Positions 36,466 to 48,500 of a stretch of 64,000 nt of DNA are shown here, one piece after another (position 1 is the first letter of the stretch; every line of letters starts with the position of its first letter). Below the pieces are notes generated by a model that was given only the letters and a program-made list of their open reading frames with translations, was not told the DNA's origin and ran no database searches. The DNA lies in the NCBI GenBank assembly GCA_032718475.1, contig JAUCBJ010004498.1:5280-69279 (forward strand). The letters are read 5' to 3'. The position numbers and the translations under genes were made by a program. Origin of the DNA: Nemertoderma westbladi. Taxonomy: Eukaryota > Animalia > Xenacoelomorpha.

Positions 36466-37376
36466 TAGATTTTTATAATATTTTTATCGTCTGCACCAAC
36501 AAATGCTTGATTATACAAATAAAATAACGGCGATTCATCCCAAAATGTTTACCTTTCGAATATAAAGTGATACGTACTAAAATGCGGAAACACCTGTAAA
36601 CACCGAAAAACAGCTACAGTAGTTTAGGGGCAGAAAAATCTAGAAACACCGAGATTTAAGGCAAGAACTATTTAGATACACCCTGTCCAGATAAATATTA
36701 TTGAGGCAGAAAACATACGTGCTGTAAATTTGTTTGGCGAAAATTCGATATTAAATATCATAATTATTGAAATATATGAGCGCTGGTATGAGGACGGTGT
36801 GCCATTCAATGATTCAAGGCTATACCGTTTGTGTTTTGGTGTTTCCGATTTTTAGTACTGTATGTATACCCTTACCTAAAAGAAAACTACAAACACCTAA
36901 CCCTAACACCAACACCAACACCAATATGCCCCTATCTGATGTAGGAGGTAAAAAAGAAGGAAATATGTGTTGTATAATTAACAGTAAATATAATTCGCTT
37001 CTAATTTTTGTCAGGAAAATTCACGACGCAAAATAAATTCCTTTGGGGTGATTATTTTTACTATTATTGAGTTTCAAGACATACTGTACTCTGTTGATAT
37101 TATTTCAATATATTAAGCTACAGTTTTACAAGGTCATTGAACAAGGTTTAATTAATAGTATAACAATATGAATTTGCGGTGAACTTTGTCAGCTACAGCA
37201 ACTAACCAGCAAGGTGATGATCATGCTATGATCAAGAAATGTGGTTGCAGTTTAAGGCAATCGAGTTATGTGGTGTGACTATTTGTGGCTTTATTTGTGA
37301 CTATTAAACCCAAACCGTACTTGTTTCCCGCAATAATTTTTATTGTCCGTTTAAATCACTCATGCTGTCATTTTTT

Positions 37377-37569
37377 TTTACTTTTTATGTCCTCCAGAAA
37401 TTTACAGTTAGGTTCCACGCTACCGGTTTCTCTACTGCTGTTCTCTCAGGCTATCAGTACCGGTATTAGTTATTTTTACTTTTTATGTCCTCCAGAAATT
37501 TATCGTTAGGTTCCATTCTACCGGTTTCTCTACTGCTGTTCTCTCAGGCTATCAGTACCGGTATTAGTA
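37377..37569. repeat. ~97-bp direct tandem duplication
   Basis: TTACTTTTTATGTCCTCCAGAAATTTA...CTCAGGCTATCAGTACCGGTATTAGT occurs twice. Confidence 0.85.
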
Positions 37570-37722
37570 TATAGAGCACTATTTTGCAGTATTGCTGTAT
37601 TGTATGTACAGATGTAGGAATAAAGCAGGTATTTTAGTACCGGTACCGGCACCGGCACTGCTGTAGACCTACTGTGTAGCCTACCATTTAAATACGGCAA
37701 TGGTAGGCCTACCGGCTGACCG

Positions 37723-37990
37723 GTTGTTTTGGTTAGAAAATCCCGCCTCTGTAACCTGCTCCTTTCCCTGATTTGGTAAAGTGACCGTTTATTGTTTTGG
37801 TTAGAAAGGCCCGCCTCTGTAACCTGCTCCTTTCCCTGATTTGGTAAAGTGACCGTTTATTGTTTTGGTTAGAAAGGCTAGCCTCTGTAACCTGCTCCTT
37901 TCCTTCATTTGGTAAAGTGACTGTTTATTGTTTTGGTTAGAAAATCCGGCCTTAACCTGCTCCTTTCCATCAATTGGTAATTGTTTTTGG
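37723..37990. repeat. 68-bp tandem repeat, ~4 copies
   Basis: Unit TTGTTTTGGTTAGAAA..CCCGCCTCTGTAACCTGCTCCTTTCCCTGATTTGGTAAAGTGACCGTTTA; a related single copy is at ~15222-15275. Confidence 0.85.
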
Positions 37991-38490
37991 CTATAAAATG
38001 AGTGTTTTGCTACGTCATGTGGTAATCGATTATCGACAACAACCACAAACTATTAAATTTAGAGTCTTTTACCATAGGCACATATGGAAATCTATCTCAT
38101 AGTCTATAAATCATGGAATTTTGAATGTTTTGGCACAGGCATAGTGAAACCAACAGTTCAACAGACCAGAAATCAACAAATTTTGAATGTTTTGGCATAG
38201 GCATGTTGAAATCAACTGTCTGACAGTCCAGAAATCAGCAGTCTGACAGTTTGAAGAAATACATACATAAAAACTCATTAAAGGACAACAAAAGTCATTA
38301 TGCACAATTCGTAAAAAAGGAGGACAAAAAAGTCAAATAAAAGGACATAAAAAATCACTCCCTTTTCCTGTAGCAGATACAATCTTAGAATCAGTTATTG
38401 CCAAAGTTATCTGTAGTAAAACAATCAATACAGCAATAGCAATAGGTAGGAAGTACATTATTCATTCAACCACAAAGGACTTCATTAAAA

Positions 38491-39963
38491 ATGATCGATT
38501 TGATTTCTGTTCTAATATTTATTTTATCTTTTGGTGCGGTTTATTACTATTGGAGCTTCCAAACATGGAAGAATCTCCCCCCATCGCCACCCGGTCACCC
38601 CATCCTTGGCAACGCCTTGTCAATGAAGAAAACTGGAATGACGTCACGGTATAAGAAATGGTCATCGCAACTCTTATCTGACGTCATCACCGTGAAACTT
38701 TTCAACTCGAGATTCGTATGGCTCAACACGTTTTCCTCGATCTCTGAAGCTTTCGTCGATAATAAAGCGGTATTCTCTGATCGTCCGCGCCTGTACAGTC
38801 CCCCTACTGGCGCGTTAGGACTCCTACAGAGTAGCGGATCCACGTGGATTCACCAACGTAAGTTCTCGCAGGCGATACTCCGACAATTCGGATTGGGAAC
38901 CAAAACATTCGAGGATAAAATATCCCTGGAAGCCGAAATGTTATGCGAATCAATTAGGGAGAAAGACAACTTCGATCCGTACGAACTTGTAACTAAAGCA
39001 ACCGCGAACGTTATATGTTCCATCGTGTTCGAAGATCGACTCGATTACGAGGATGAAACATTCCAGGATCTCATCGACGGTGTTACCAAGGTGATGCGTA
39101 ACCATGTGCCGGGGTTGGGCGCTCTCATCCCTATGGCGATAGGGGTACGGGTTCCCGGTACTCATCACCACTTAGTCTATCAGTCGATGCGGGAGCTGGA
39201 AGCACAGCTCCTGAAACACATCTCCGATCACAGAGCAACGATAGACTACGCCGGAGCGCCCAGGGACTTTATCGATGCCCATCTCATGAAGGAACATGAA
39301 CTCAAGGCTGCTAAATATTCGCACGCATTGTATTTCAACGACGATCACTTAGTAATGAACATACGGGATCTCTTTATCGCAGGTTCAGAAACAACAGCCT
39401 CTAGTCTTTATTGGTTTATATTGATAATGGCTACTTATCCCGTCATACAGAAGGAATGTCAACGACTTCTAGATGAAGCTGTTGGAAGGGACCGGATGCC
39501 AAAATTGAATGATGTTATTAAGATACCCTATCTGGATGCATGTTTGTTTGAGACACTGCGTTTCGGATCGATACTACCTCAGGCTGGACATTCAACTTCT
39601 CAGGATACGAAGTTAAGAGGTTGGGATTTTCCCCGCGGGATATTGGTTTGGGCTAATATCTGGGCGATTTTGAGAGACCCGCAAACCTGGAAAAAACCTG
39701 ACGAATTTTACCCGGAACATTTCCTTTCCGACGACGGAAACAGTTTAATAATGAAACCGGAATTTATTCCTTTCGGGATCGGGCCTCGAATTTGTTTGGG
39801 AGAGAAACTCGCAAAGATGGAGTTAAGGATAATGGCAAGTCATCTGTTACACCGGTTCTGTTTTGAGGCGACAGAAGAAGGTCTCCCGAGTCTCGACGAA
39901 GTTCAACCGGGATTTTCCCGTCAACCAAAACCATATAAAATACGAGCGACATCACGAAACTGA
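38491..39963 (+). CDS. Cytochrome P450, CYP2 clan, intronless (copy 4, most divergent)
   Basis: 490 aa with PPSPPGHP, WIHQR, AGSETT, ETLR, PEHF and FGIGPRICLG. Confidence 0.96.
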   Translation: MIDLISVLIFILSFGAVYYYWSFQTWKNLPPSPPGHPILGNALSMKKTGMTSRYKKWSSQLLSDVITVKLFNSRFVWLNTFSSISEAFVDNKAVFSDRPRLYSPPTGALGLLQSSGSTWIHQRKFSQAILRQFGLGTKTFEDKISLEAEMLCESIREKDNFDPYELVTKATANVICSIVFEDRLDYEDETFQDLIDGVTKVMRNHVPGLGALIPMAIGVRVPGTHHHLVYQSMRELEAQLLKHISDHRATIDYAGAPRDFIDAHLMKEHELKAAKYSHALYFNDDHLVMNIRDLFIAGSETTASSLYWFILIMATYPVIQKECQRLLDEAVGRDRMPKLNDVIKIPYLDACLFETLRFGSILPQAGHSTSQDTKLRGWDFPRGILVWANIWAILRDPQTWKKPDEFYPEHFLSDDGNSLIMKPEFIPFGIGPRICLGEKLAKMELRIMASHLLHRFCFEATEEGLPSLDEVQPGFSRQPKPYKIRATSRN

Positions 39964-40672
39964 AAATAACTTACTATTTTTTAAATCTAAAATTACGTTG
40001 TATATAATTTATGATGCGATAATAATGTGAATGCCATTTGTAATTCTTATACAATAATGATTCCTTAATTTATTTAAATATTTAGTATTTACTTTAAGAA
40101 TTGTAATATATCACTTTTCAAGATTACATTACCAATCATTTTAAAATAAGATTAGCGAGGCTTGTTGAGAGTTGGGACTAACATTATAATCTTCCAAATA
40201 ATAGATTATGTAATGGAATACGTAATTTTAATTCCCGCGTGCCGAATTGTAAGTAATGTATTAATTTTACTGTATTAATAAAAAAACACCAGTTCTATAA
40301 ATTTCATAAAATATCGTCGTTATCTTTCAATAAGGTGGGGGGGGGGGGGGGGTTTCTCGAATATAAAAAAAGGGCTCAAAACCAAAAAATGAAATATAAA
40401 TTTGTTTATTATTTTGGTTATAAACATTGTAACATCCCATAACATAACAACCCCCCCCCCCCCCCCAAGCCCTCCCTCTTACTTACTTTTTCATGGTATT
40501 GATATTAAATTATATTTGTATGTATATGGCGCATATTTTTGTAATAATATTGGCAGCCAAAACAAAAAGGTTCTTTCGCAGTGCGTCACATGGAACCGAT
40601 TGCAATCCGGTTTACATTAACTCAGCTACTAATTCGTATCATATACCACCGGTTCCCATAGGAACAGAGGGG

Positions 40673-42214
40673 GTAGAAACATAGTTGCGAGATAGTCTCT
40701 GTTTAGGATCCGTAGAAACATAGTTCCGAGATAGTCACTGTTTAGGATCCGTAGAAACATAGTTCCGAGATAGTCACTGTTTAGGATCCGTAGAAACATA
40801 GTTCCGAGATAGTCACTGTTTAGGATCCGTAGAAACATAGTTCCGAGATAGTCACTGTTTAGGATCCGTAGAAACATAGTTCCGAGATAGTCACTGTTTA
40901 GGATCCGTAGAAACATAGTTCCGAGATAGTCACTGTTTAGGATCCGTAGAAACATAGTTCCGAGATAGTCACTGTTTAGGATCCGTAGAAACATAGTTCC
41001 GAGATAGTCACTGTTTAGGATCCGTAGAAACATAGTTCCGAGATAGTCACTGTTTAGGATCCGTAGAAACATAGTTCCGAGATAGTCACTGTTTAGGATC
41101 CGTAGAAACATAGTTCCGAGATAGTCACTGTTTAGGATCCGTAGAAACATAGTTCCGAGATAGTCACTGTTTAGGATCCGTAGAAACATAGTTCCGAGAT
41201 AGTCACTGTTTAGGATCCGTAGAAACATAGTTCCGAGATAGTCACTGTTTAGGATCCGTAGAAACATAGTTCCGAGATAGTCACTGTTTAGGATCCGTAG
41301 AAACATAGTTCCGAGATAGTCACTGTTTAGGATCCGTAGAAACATAGTTCCGAGATAGTCACTGTTTAGGATCCGTAGAAACATAGTTCCGAGATAGTCA
41401 CTGTTTAGGATCCGTAGAAACATAGTCCTGAGATAGTCACTGTGTAGGATCCGTAGAAACATAGTTCCGAGATAGTCACTGTTTAGGATCCGTAGAAACA
41501 TAGTTCCGAGATAGTCACTGTTTAGGATCCGTAGAAACATAGTTTCGAGATAGTCACTGTTTAGGATCCGTAGAAACATAGTTCCGAGATAGTCACTGTT
41601 TAGGATCCGTAGAAACATAGTTCCGAGATAGTCACTGTTTAGGATCCGTAGAAACATAGTTCCGAGATAGTCACTGTTTAGGATCCGTAGAAACATAGTT
41701 CCGAGATAGTCACTGTTTAGGATCCGTAGAAACATAGTCCCGAGATAGTCACTGTTTAGGATCCGTAGAAACATAGTTCCGAGATAGTCACTGTTTAGGA
41801 TCCGTAGAAACATAGTTCCGAGATAGTCACTGTTTAGGATCCGTAGAAACATAGTTCCGAGATAGTCACTGTTTAGGATCCGTAGAAACATAGTTCCGAG
41901 ATAGTCACTGTTTAGGATCCGTAGAAACATAGTTCCGAGATAGTCACTGTTTAGAATCCGTAGAAACATAGTCCCGAGATAGTCACTGTTTAGGATCCGT
42001 AGAAACATAGTTCCGAGATAGTCACTGTTTAGGATCCGTAGAAACATAGTTCCGAGATAGTCACTGTTTAGGATCCGTAGAAACATAGTTCCGAGATAGT
42101 CACTGTTTAGGATCCGTAGAAACATAGTTCCGAGATAGTCACTGTTTAGGATCCGTAGAAACATAGTTCCGAGATAGTCACTGTTTAGGATCCGTAGAAA
42201 CATAGTTCCGAGAT
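40673..42214. repeat. 39-bp highly homogeneous minisatellite, ~39.5 copies
   Basis: Unit GTAGAAACATAGTTCCGAGATAGTCACTGTTTAGGATCC (one BamHI site per unit); only a handful of variant units. Confidence 0.97.
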
Positions 42215-42536
42215 TGTTTAATTTAGACAGTACCAGTACTACAGTACATCCTACAAAATTGTGCTAAATTATTTCTCAATTATCTAATCACCATCAGAAT
42301 GCTCCATTAATATTTACCCATCTAAATACAGTAGGATCAAAGAGTGCACCACCGATTGTTGTCATTAAAGATCTATGATATGATCTATGCAAAAAAGGAT
42401 TGTTCTCTGTGGAACAGAACAGGGTGATGACTTGTTTTCAATGGAAAATGAAATACAATGATCCAATGAAATACTGATCCATGGTAAAAGTATACTATCA
42501 CTCGTTTTCCACCACTGACACATACAAGTATACCTA

Positions 42537-45500
42537 CTTGTTCTCCATGATACAGATTATTTACTCGTTATCCTTGACTCACTTGTTCTCAATGATACAG
42601 ACTATTTACTCGTTCTCCTTGACTCACTTGTTCTCCATGATACAGACTATTTACTCGTTATCCTTGACTCACTTGTTCTCCATGATACATACTATTTACT
42701 CGTTATCCTTGACTCACTTGTTCTCCATGATACAGACTATTTACTCGTTATCCTTGACTCACTTGTTCTCCATGATACAGACTATTTACTCGTTATCCTT
42801 GACTCACTTGTTCTCCATGATACTGACTATTTACTCGTTATCCTTGACTCACTTGTTCTCCATGATACAGACTATTTACTCGTTATCCTTGACTCACTTG
42901 TTCTCCATGATACAGACTATTTACTCGTTATCATTGACTCACTTGTTCTCAATGATACAGACTATTTACTCGTTATCCTTGACTCACTTGTTCTCCATGA
43001 TACAGACTATTTACTCGTTATCCTTGACTCACTTGTTCTCCATGATACATACTATACTCGTTATCCTTGACTCACTTGTTCTCAATGATACAGACTATTT
43101 ACTCGTTATCCTTGACTCACTTGTTCTCCATGATACAGACTATTTACTCGTTATCCTTGACTCACTTGTTCTCCATGATACAGACTATTTACTCGTTATC
43201 CTTGACTCACTTGTTCTCCATGATACAGACTATTTACTCGTTATCCTTGACTCACTTGTTCTCCATGATACAGACTATTTACTCGTTATCCTTGACTCAC
43301 TTGTTCTCCATGATACAGACTATTTACTCGTTATCCTTGACTCACTTGTTCTCCATGATACAGACTATTTACTCGTTATCCTTGACTCACTTGTTCTCCA
43401 TGATACAGACTATTTACTCGTTATCCTTGACTCACTTGTTCTCCATGATACAGACTATTTACTCGTTATCCTTGACTCACTTGTTCTCCATGATACAGAC
43501 TATTTACTCGTTATCCTTGACTCACTTGTTCTCCATGATACAGACTATTTACTCGTTATCCTTGACTCACTTATTCTCCATGATACAGACTATTTACTCG
43601 TTATCCTTGACTCACTTGTTCTCCATGATACAGACTATTTACTCGTTATCCTTGACTCACTTGTTCTCCATGATAGAGATTATTTACTCGTTATCCTTGA
43701 CTCACTTGTTCTCCATGATACAGACTATTTACTCGTTATCCTTGACTCACTTGTTCTCCATGATACTGACTATTTACTCGTTATCCTTGACTCACTTGTT
43801 CTCCATGATACATACTATTTACTCGTTATCCTTGACTCACTTGTTCTCCATGATACAGACTATTTACTCGTTATCCTTGACTCACTTGTTCTCCATGATA
43901 CAGACTATTTACTCGTTATCCTTGACTCACTTGTTCTCCATGATACAGACTATTTACTCGTTATCCTTGACTCACTTGTTCTCCATGATACAGACTATTT
44001 ACTCGTTATCCTTGACTCACTTGTTCTCCATGATACAGACTATTTACTCGTTATCCTTGACTCACTTGTTCTCCATGATACATACTATACTCGTTATCCT
44101 TGACTCACTTGTTCTCCATGATACAGACTATTTACTCGTTATCCGTGACTCACTTGTTCTCCATGATACAGACTATTTACTCGTTATCCTTGACTCACTT
44201 GTTCTCCATGATACAGACTATTTACTCGTTATCCTTGACTCACTTGTTCTCCATGATACATACTATACTCGTTATCCTTGACTCACTTGTTCTCAATGAT
44301 ACAGACTATTTACTCGTTATCCTTGACTCACTTGTTCTCCATGATACAGACTATTTACTCGTTATCCTTGACTAACTTGTTCTCCATGATACAGACTATT
44401 TACTCGTTATCCTTGACTCACTTGTTCTCCATGATACATACTATACTCGTTATCCTTGACTCACTTGTTCTCCATGATACAGACTATTTACTCGTTATCC
44501 GTGACTCACTTGTTCTCCATGATACAGACTATTTACTCGTTATCCTTGACTCACTTGTTCTCCATGATACATACTATACTCGTTATCCTTGACTCACTTG
44601 TTCTCAATGATACAGACTATTTACTCGTTATCCTTGACTCACTTGTTCTCCATGATACAGACTATTTACTCGTTATCCTTGACTCACTTGTTCTCCATGA
44701 TACAGACTATTTACTCGTTATCCTTGACTCACTTGTTCTCCATGATACAGACTATTTACTCGTTATCCTTGACTCACTTGTTCTCCATGATACAGACTAT
44801 TTATTCGTTATCTTTGACTCACTTGTTCTCAATGATACAGACTATTTACTCGTTATCCTTGACTCACTTGTTCTCCATGATACAGACTATTTACTCGTTA
44901 TCCTTGACTCACTTGTTCTCAATGATACAGACTATTTACTCGTTATCCTTGACTCACTTGTTCTCCATGATACAGACTATTTACTCGCTATACTTGACTC
45001 ACTTATTCTCAATGATACAGACTATTTACTCGTTATCCTTGACTCACTTGTTCTCCATGATACAGACTATTTACTCGTTATCCTTGACTCACTTGTTCTC
45101 AATGATACAGACTATTTACTCGTTATCCTTGACTCACTTGTTCTCCATTATACAGACTATTTACTCGTTATCCTTGACTCACTTGTTCTCCATGATACAG
45201 ACTATTTACTCGTTATCCTTGACTCACTTGTTCTCCATGATACAGACTATTTACTCGTTATCCTTGACTCACTTGTTCTCCATGATACAGAATATTTACT
45301 CGTTATCCTTGACTCACTTGTTCTCCATTATACAGACTATTTACTCGTTATCCTTGACTCACTTGTTCTCCATGATACAGACTATTTACTCGTTATCCTT
45401 GACTCACTTGTTCTCCATGATACAGACTATTTACTCGTTATCCTTGACTCACTTGTTCTCAATGATACAGACTATTTACTCGTTATCCTTGACTCACTTG

Positions 45501-48500
45501 TTCTCCATTATACAGACTATTTACTCGTTATCCTTGACTCACCTGTTCTCCATGATACAGACTATTTACTCGTTATCCTTGACTCACTTGTTCTCCATGA
45601 TACAGACTATTTACTCGTTATCCTTGACTCACTTGTTCTCCATGATACAGACTATTTACTCGTTAACCTTGACTCACTTGTTCTCCATGATACAGACTAT
45701 TTACTCGTTATCCTTGACTCACTTGTTCTCCACGATACAGACTATTTACTCGTTATCCTTGACTCACTTGTTCTCAATGATACAGACTATTTACTCGTTA
45801 TCCTTGACTCACTTTTCTCCATGATACAGACTATTTACTCGTTATCCTTGACTCACTTGTTCTCCATGATACAGACTATTTACTCGTTATCCTTGACTCA
45901 CTTGTTCTCCATGATACAGACTATTTACTCGTTATCCTTGACTCACTTGTTCTCCATTATACAGACTATTTACTCGTTATCCTTGACTCACTTGTTCTCC
46001 ATGATACAGACTATTTACTCGTTATCCTTGACTCACTTGTTCTCCACGATACAGACTATTTACTCGTTATCCTTGACTCACTTGTTCTCCATGATACAGA
46101 CTATTTACTCGTTATCCTTGACTCACCTGTTCTCCATGATACAGACTATTTACTCGTTATCCTTGACTCACTTGTTCTCCATGATACAGACTATTTACTC
46201 GTTATCCTTGACTCACTTGTTCTCCATGATACAGACTATTTACTCGTTATCCTTGACTCACTTGTTCTCCATGATACAGACTATTTACTCGTTATCCTTC
46301 ACTCACTTGTTCTCCATGGTACAGACTATTTACTCGTTATCCTTGACTCACTTGTTCTCCATGATACAGACTATTTAGTCGTTATCCTTGACTCACTTGT
46401 TCTCAATGATACAGACTATTTACTCGTTATCCTTGACTCACTTGTTCTCCATGATACAGACTATTTACTCGTTATCCTTGACTCACCTGTTCTCCATGAT
46501 ACAGACTATTTACTCGTTATCCTTGACTCACTTGTTCTCCATGATACAGACTATTTACTCGTTATCCTTGACTCACCTGTTCTCCATGATACAGACTATT
46601 TACTCGTTATCCTTGACTCACTTGTTCTCCATGATACAGACTATTTACTCGTTATCCTTGACTCACCTGTTCTCCATGATACAGACTATTTACTCGTTAT
46701 CCTTGACTCACTTGTTCTCCATGATACAGACTATTTACTCGTTATCCTTGACTCACTTGTTCTCCACGATACAGACTATTTACTCGTTATCCTTGACTCA
46801 CTTGTTCTCCATGATACAGACTATTTACTCGTTATCCTTGACTCACTTGTTCTCCATTATACAGACTATTTACTCGTTATCCTTGACTCACTTGTTCTCC
46901 ATGATACAGACTATTTACTCGTTATCCTTGACTCACCTGTTCTCCATGATACAGACTATTTACTCGTTATCCTTGACTCACTTGTTCTCCATGATACAGA
47001 CTATTTACTCGTTATCCTTGACTCACCTGTTCTCCATGATACAGACTATTTACTCGTTATCCTTGACTCACTTGTTCTCCATGATACAGACTATTTACTC
47101 GTTATCCTTGACTCACTTGTTCTCAATGATACAGACTATTTACTCGTTATCCTTGACTCACTTGTTCTCCATGATACAGACTATTTACTCGTTATCCTTG
47201 ACTCACTTGTTCTCAATGATACAGACTATTTACTCGTTATCCTTGACTCACTTGTTCTCCATGATACAGACTATTTACTCGTTATCCTTGACTCACTTGT
47301 TCTCCATGATACAGAATATTTACTCGTTATCCTTGACTCACTTGTTCTCCATGATACAGACTATTTACTCGTTATCCTTGACTCACTTGTTCTCCATGAT
47401 ACAGACTATTTACTCGTTATCCTTGACTCACTTGTTCTCAATGATACAGACTATTTACTCGTTATCCTTGACTCACTTGTTCTCCATGATACAGACTATT
47501 TACTCGTTATCCTTGACTCACTTGTTCTCCATGATACAGACTATTTACTCGTTATCCTTGACTCACTTGTTCTCCATGATACAGACTATTTACTCGTTAT
47601 CCTTGACTCTCTTGTTCTCCATGATACAGACTATTTACTCGTTATCCTTGACTCACCTGTTCTCAATGATACAGACTATTTACTCGTTATCCTTGACTCG
47701 CCTGTTCTCAATGATACAGACTATTTACTCGTTATCCTTGACTCACTTGTTCTCCATGATACAGACTATTTACTCGTTATCCTTGACTCACTTGTTCTCC
47801 ACGATACAGACTATTTACTCGTTATCCTTGACTCACTTGTTCTCCATGATACAGACTATTTACTCGTTATCCTTGACTCACTTTTCTCCATGATACAGAC
47901 TATTTACTCGTTATCCTTGACTCACTTGTTCTCCATGATACAGACTATTTACTCGTTATCCTTGACTCACTTGTTCTCCATGATACAGACTATTTACTCG
48001 TTATCCTTGACTCACTTGTTCTCCATGATACAGACTATTTACTCGTTATCCTTGACTCACTTGTTCTCCATGATACAGACTATTTACTCGTTATCCTTTA
48101 CTCACTTGTTCTCCATGATACAGACTATTTACTCGTTGTCCTTGACTCACTTGTTCTCCATGATACAGACTATTTACTCGTTATCCTTGACTCACTTGTT
48201 CTCCACGATACAGACTATTTACTCGTTATCCTTGACTCACTTGTTCTCCATGATACAGACTATTTACTCGTTATCCTTGACTCACTTGTTCTCCATGATA
48301 CAGACTATTTACTCGTTATCCTTGACTCACTTGTTCTCCATGATACAGACTATTTACTCGTTATCCTTGACTCACTTGTTCTCCATGATACAGACTATTT
48401 ACTCGTTATCCTTGACTCACTTGTTCTCCATGATACAGACTATTTACTCGTTATCCTTTACTCACTTGTTCTCCATGATACAGACTATTTACTCGTTGTC

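Noticed and set aside
40629-42203. 524-aa (MFLRILNSDYLGT)n ORF
   Set aside because: By-product of a 39-bp unit; no unique N-terminus and no sign of codon-level constraint.
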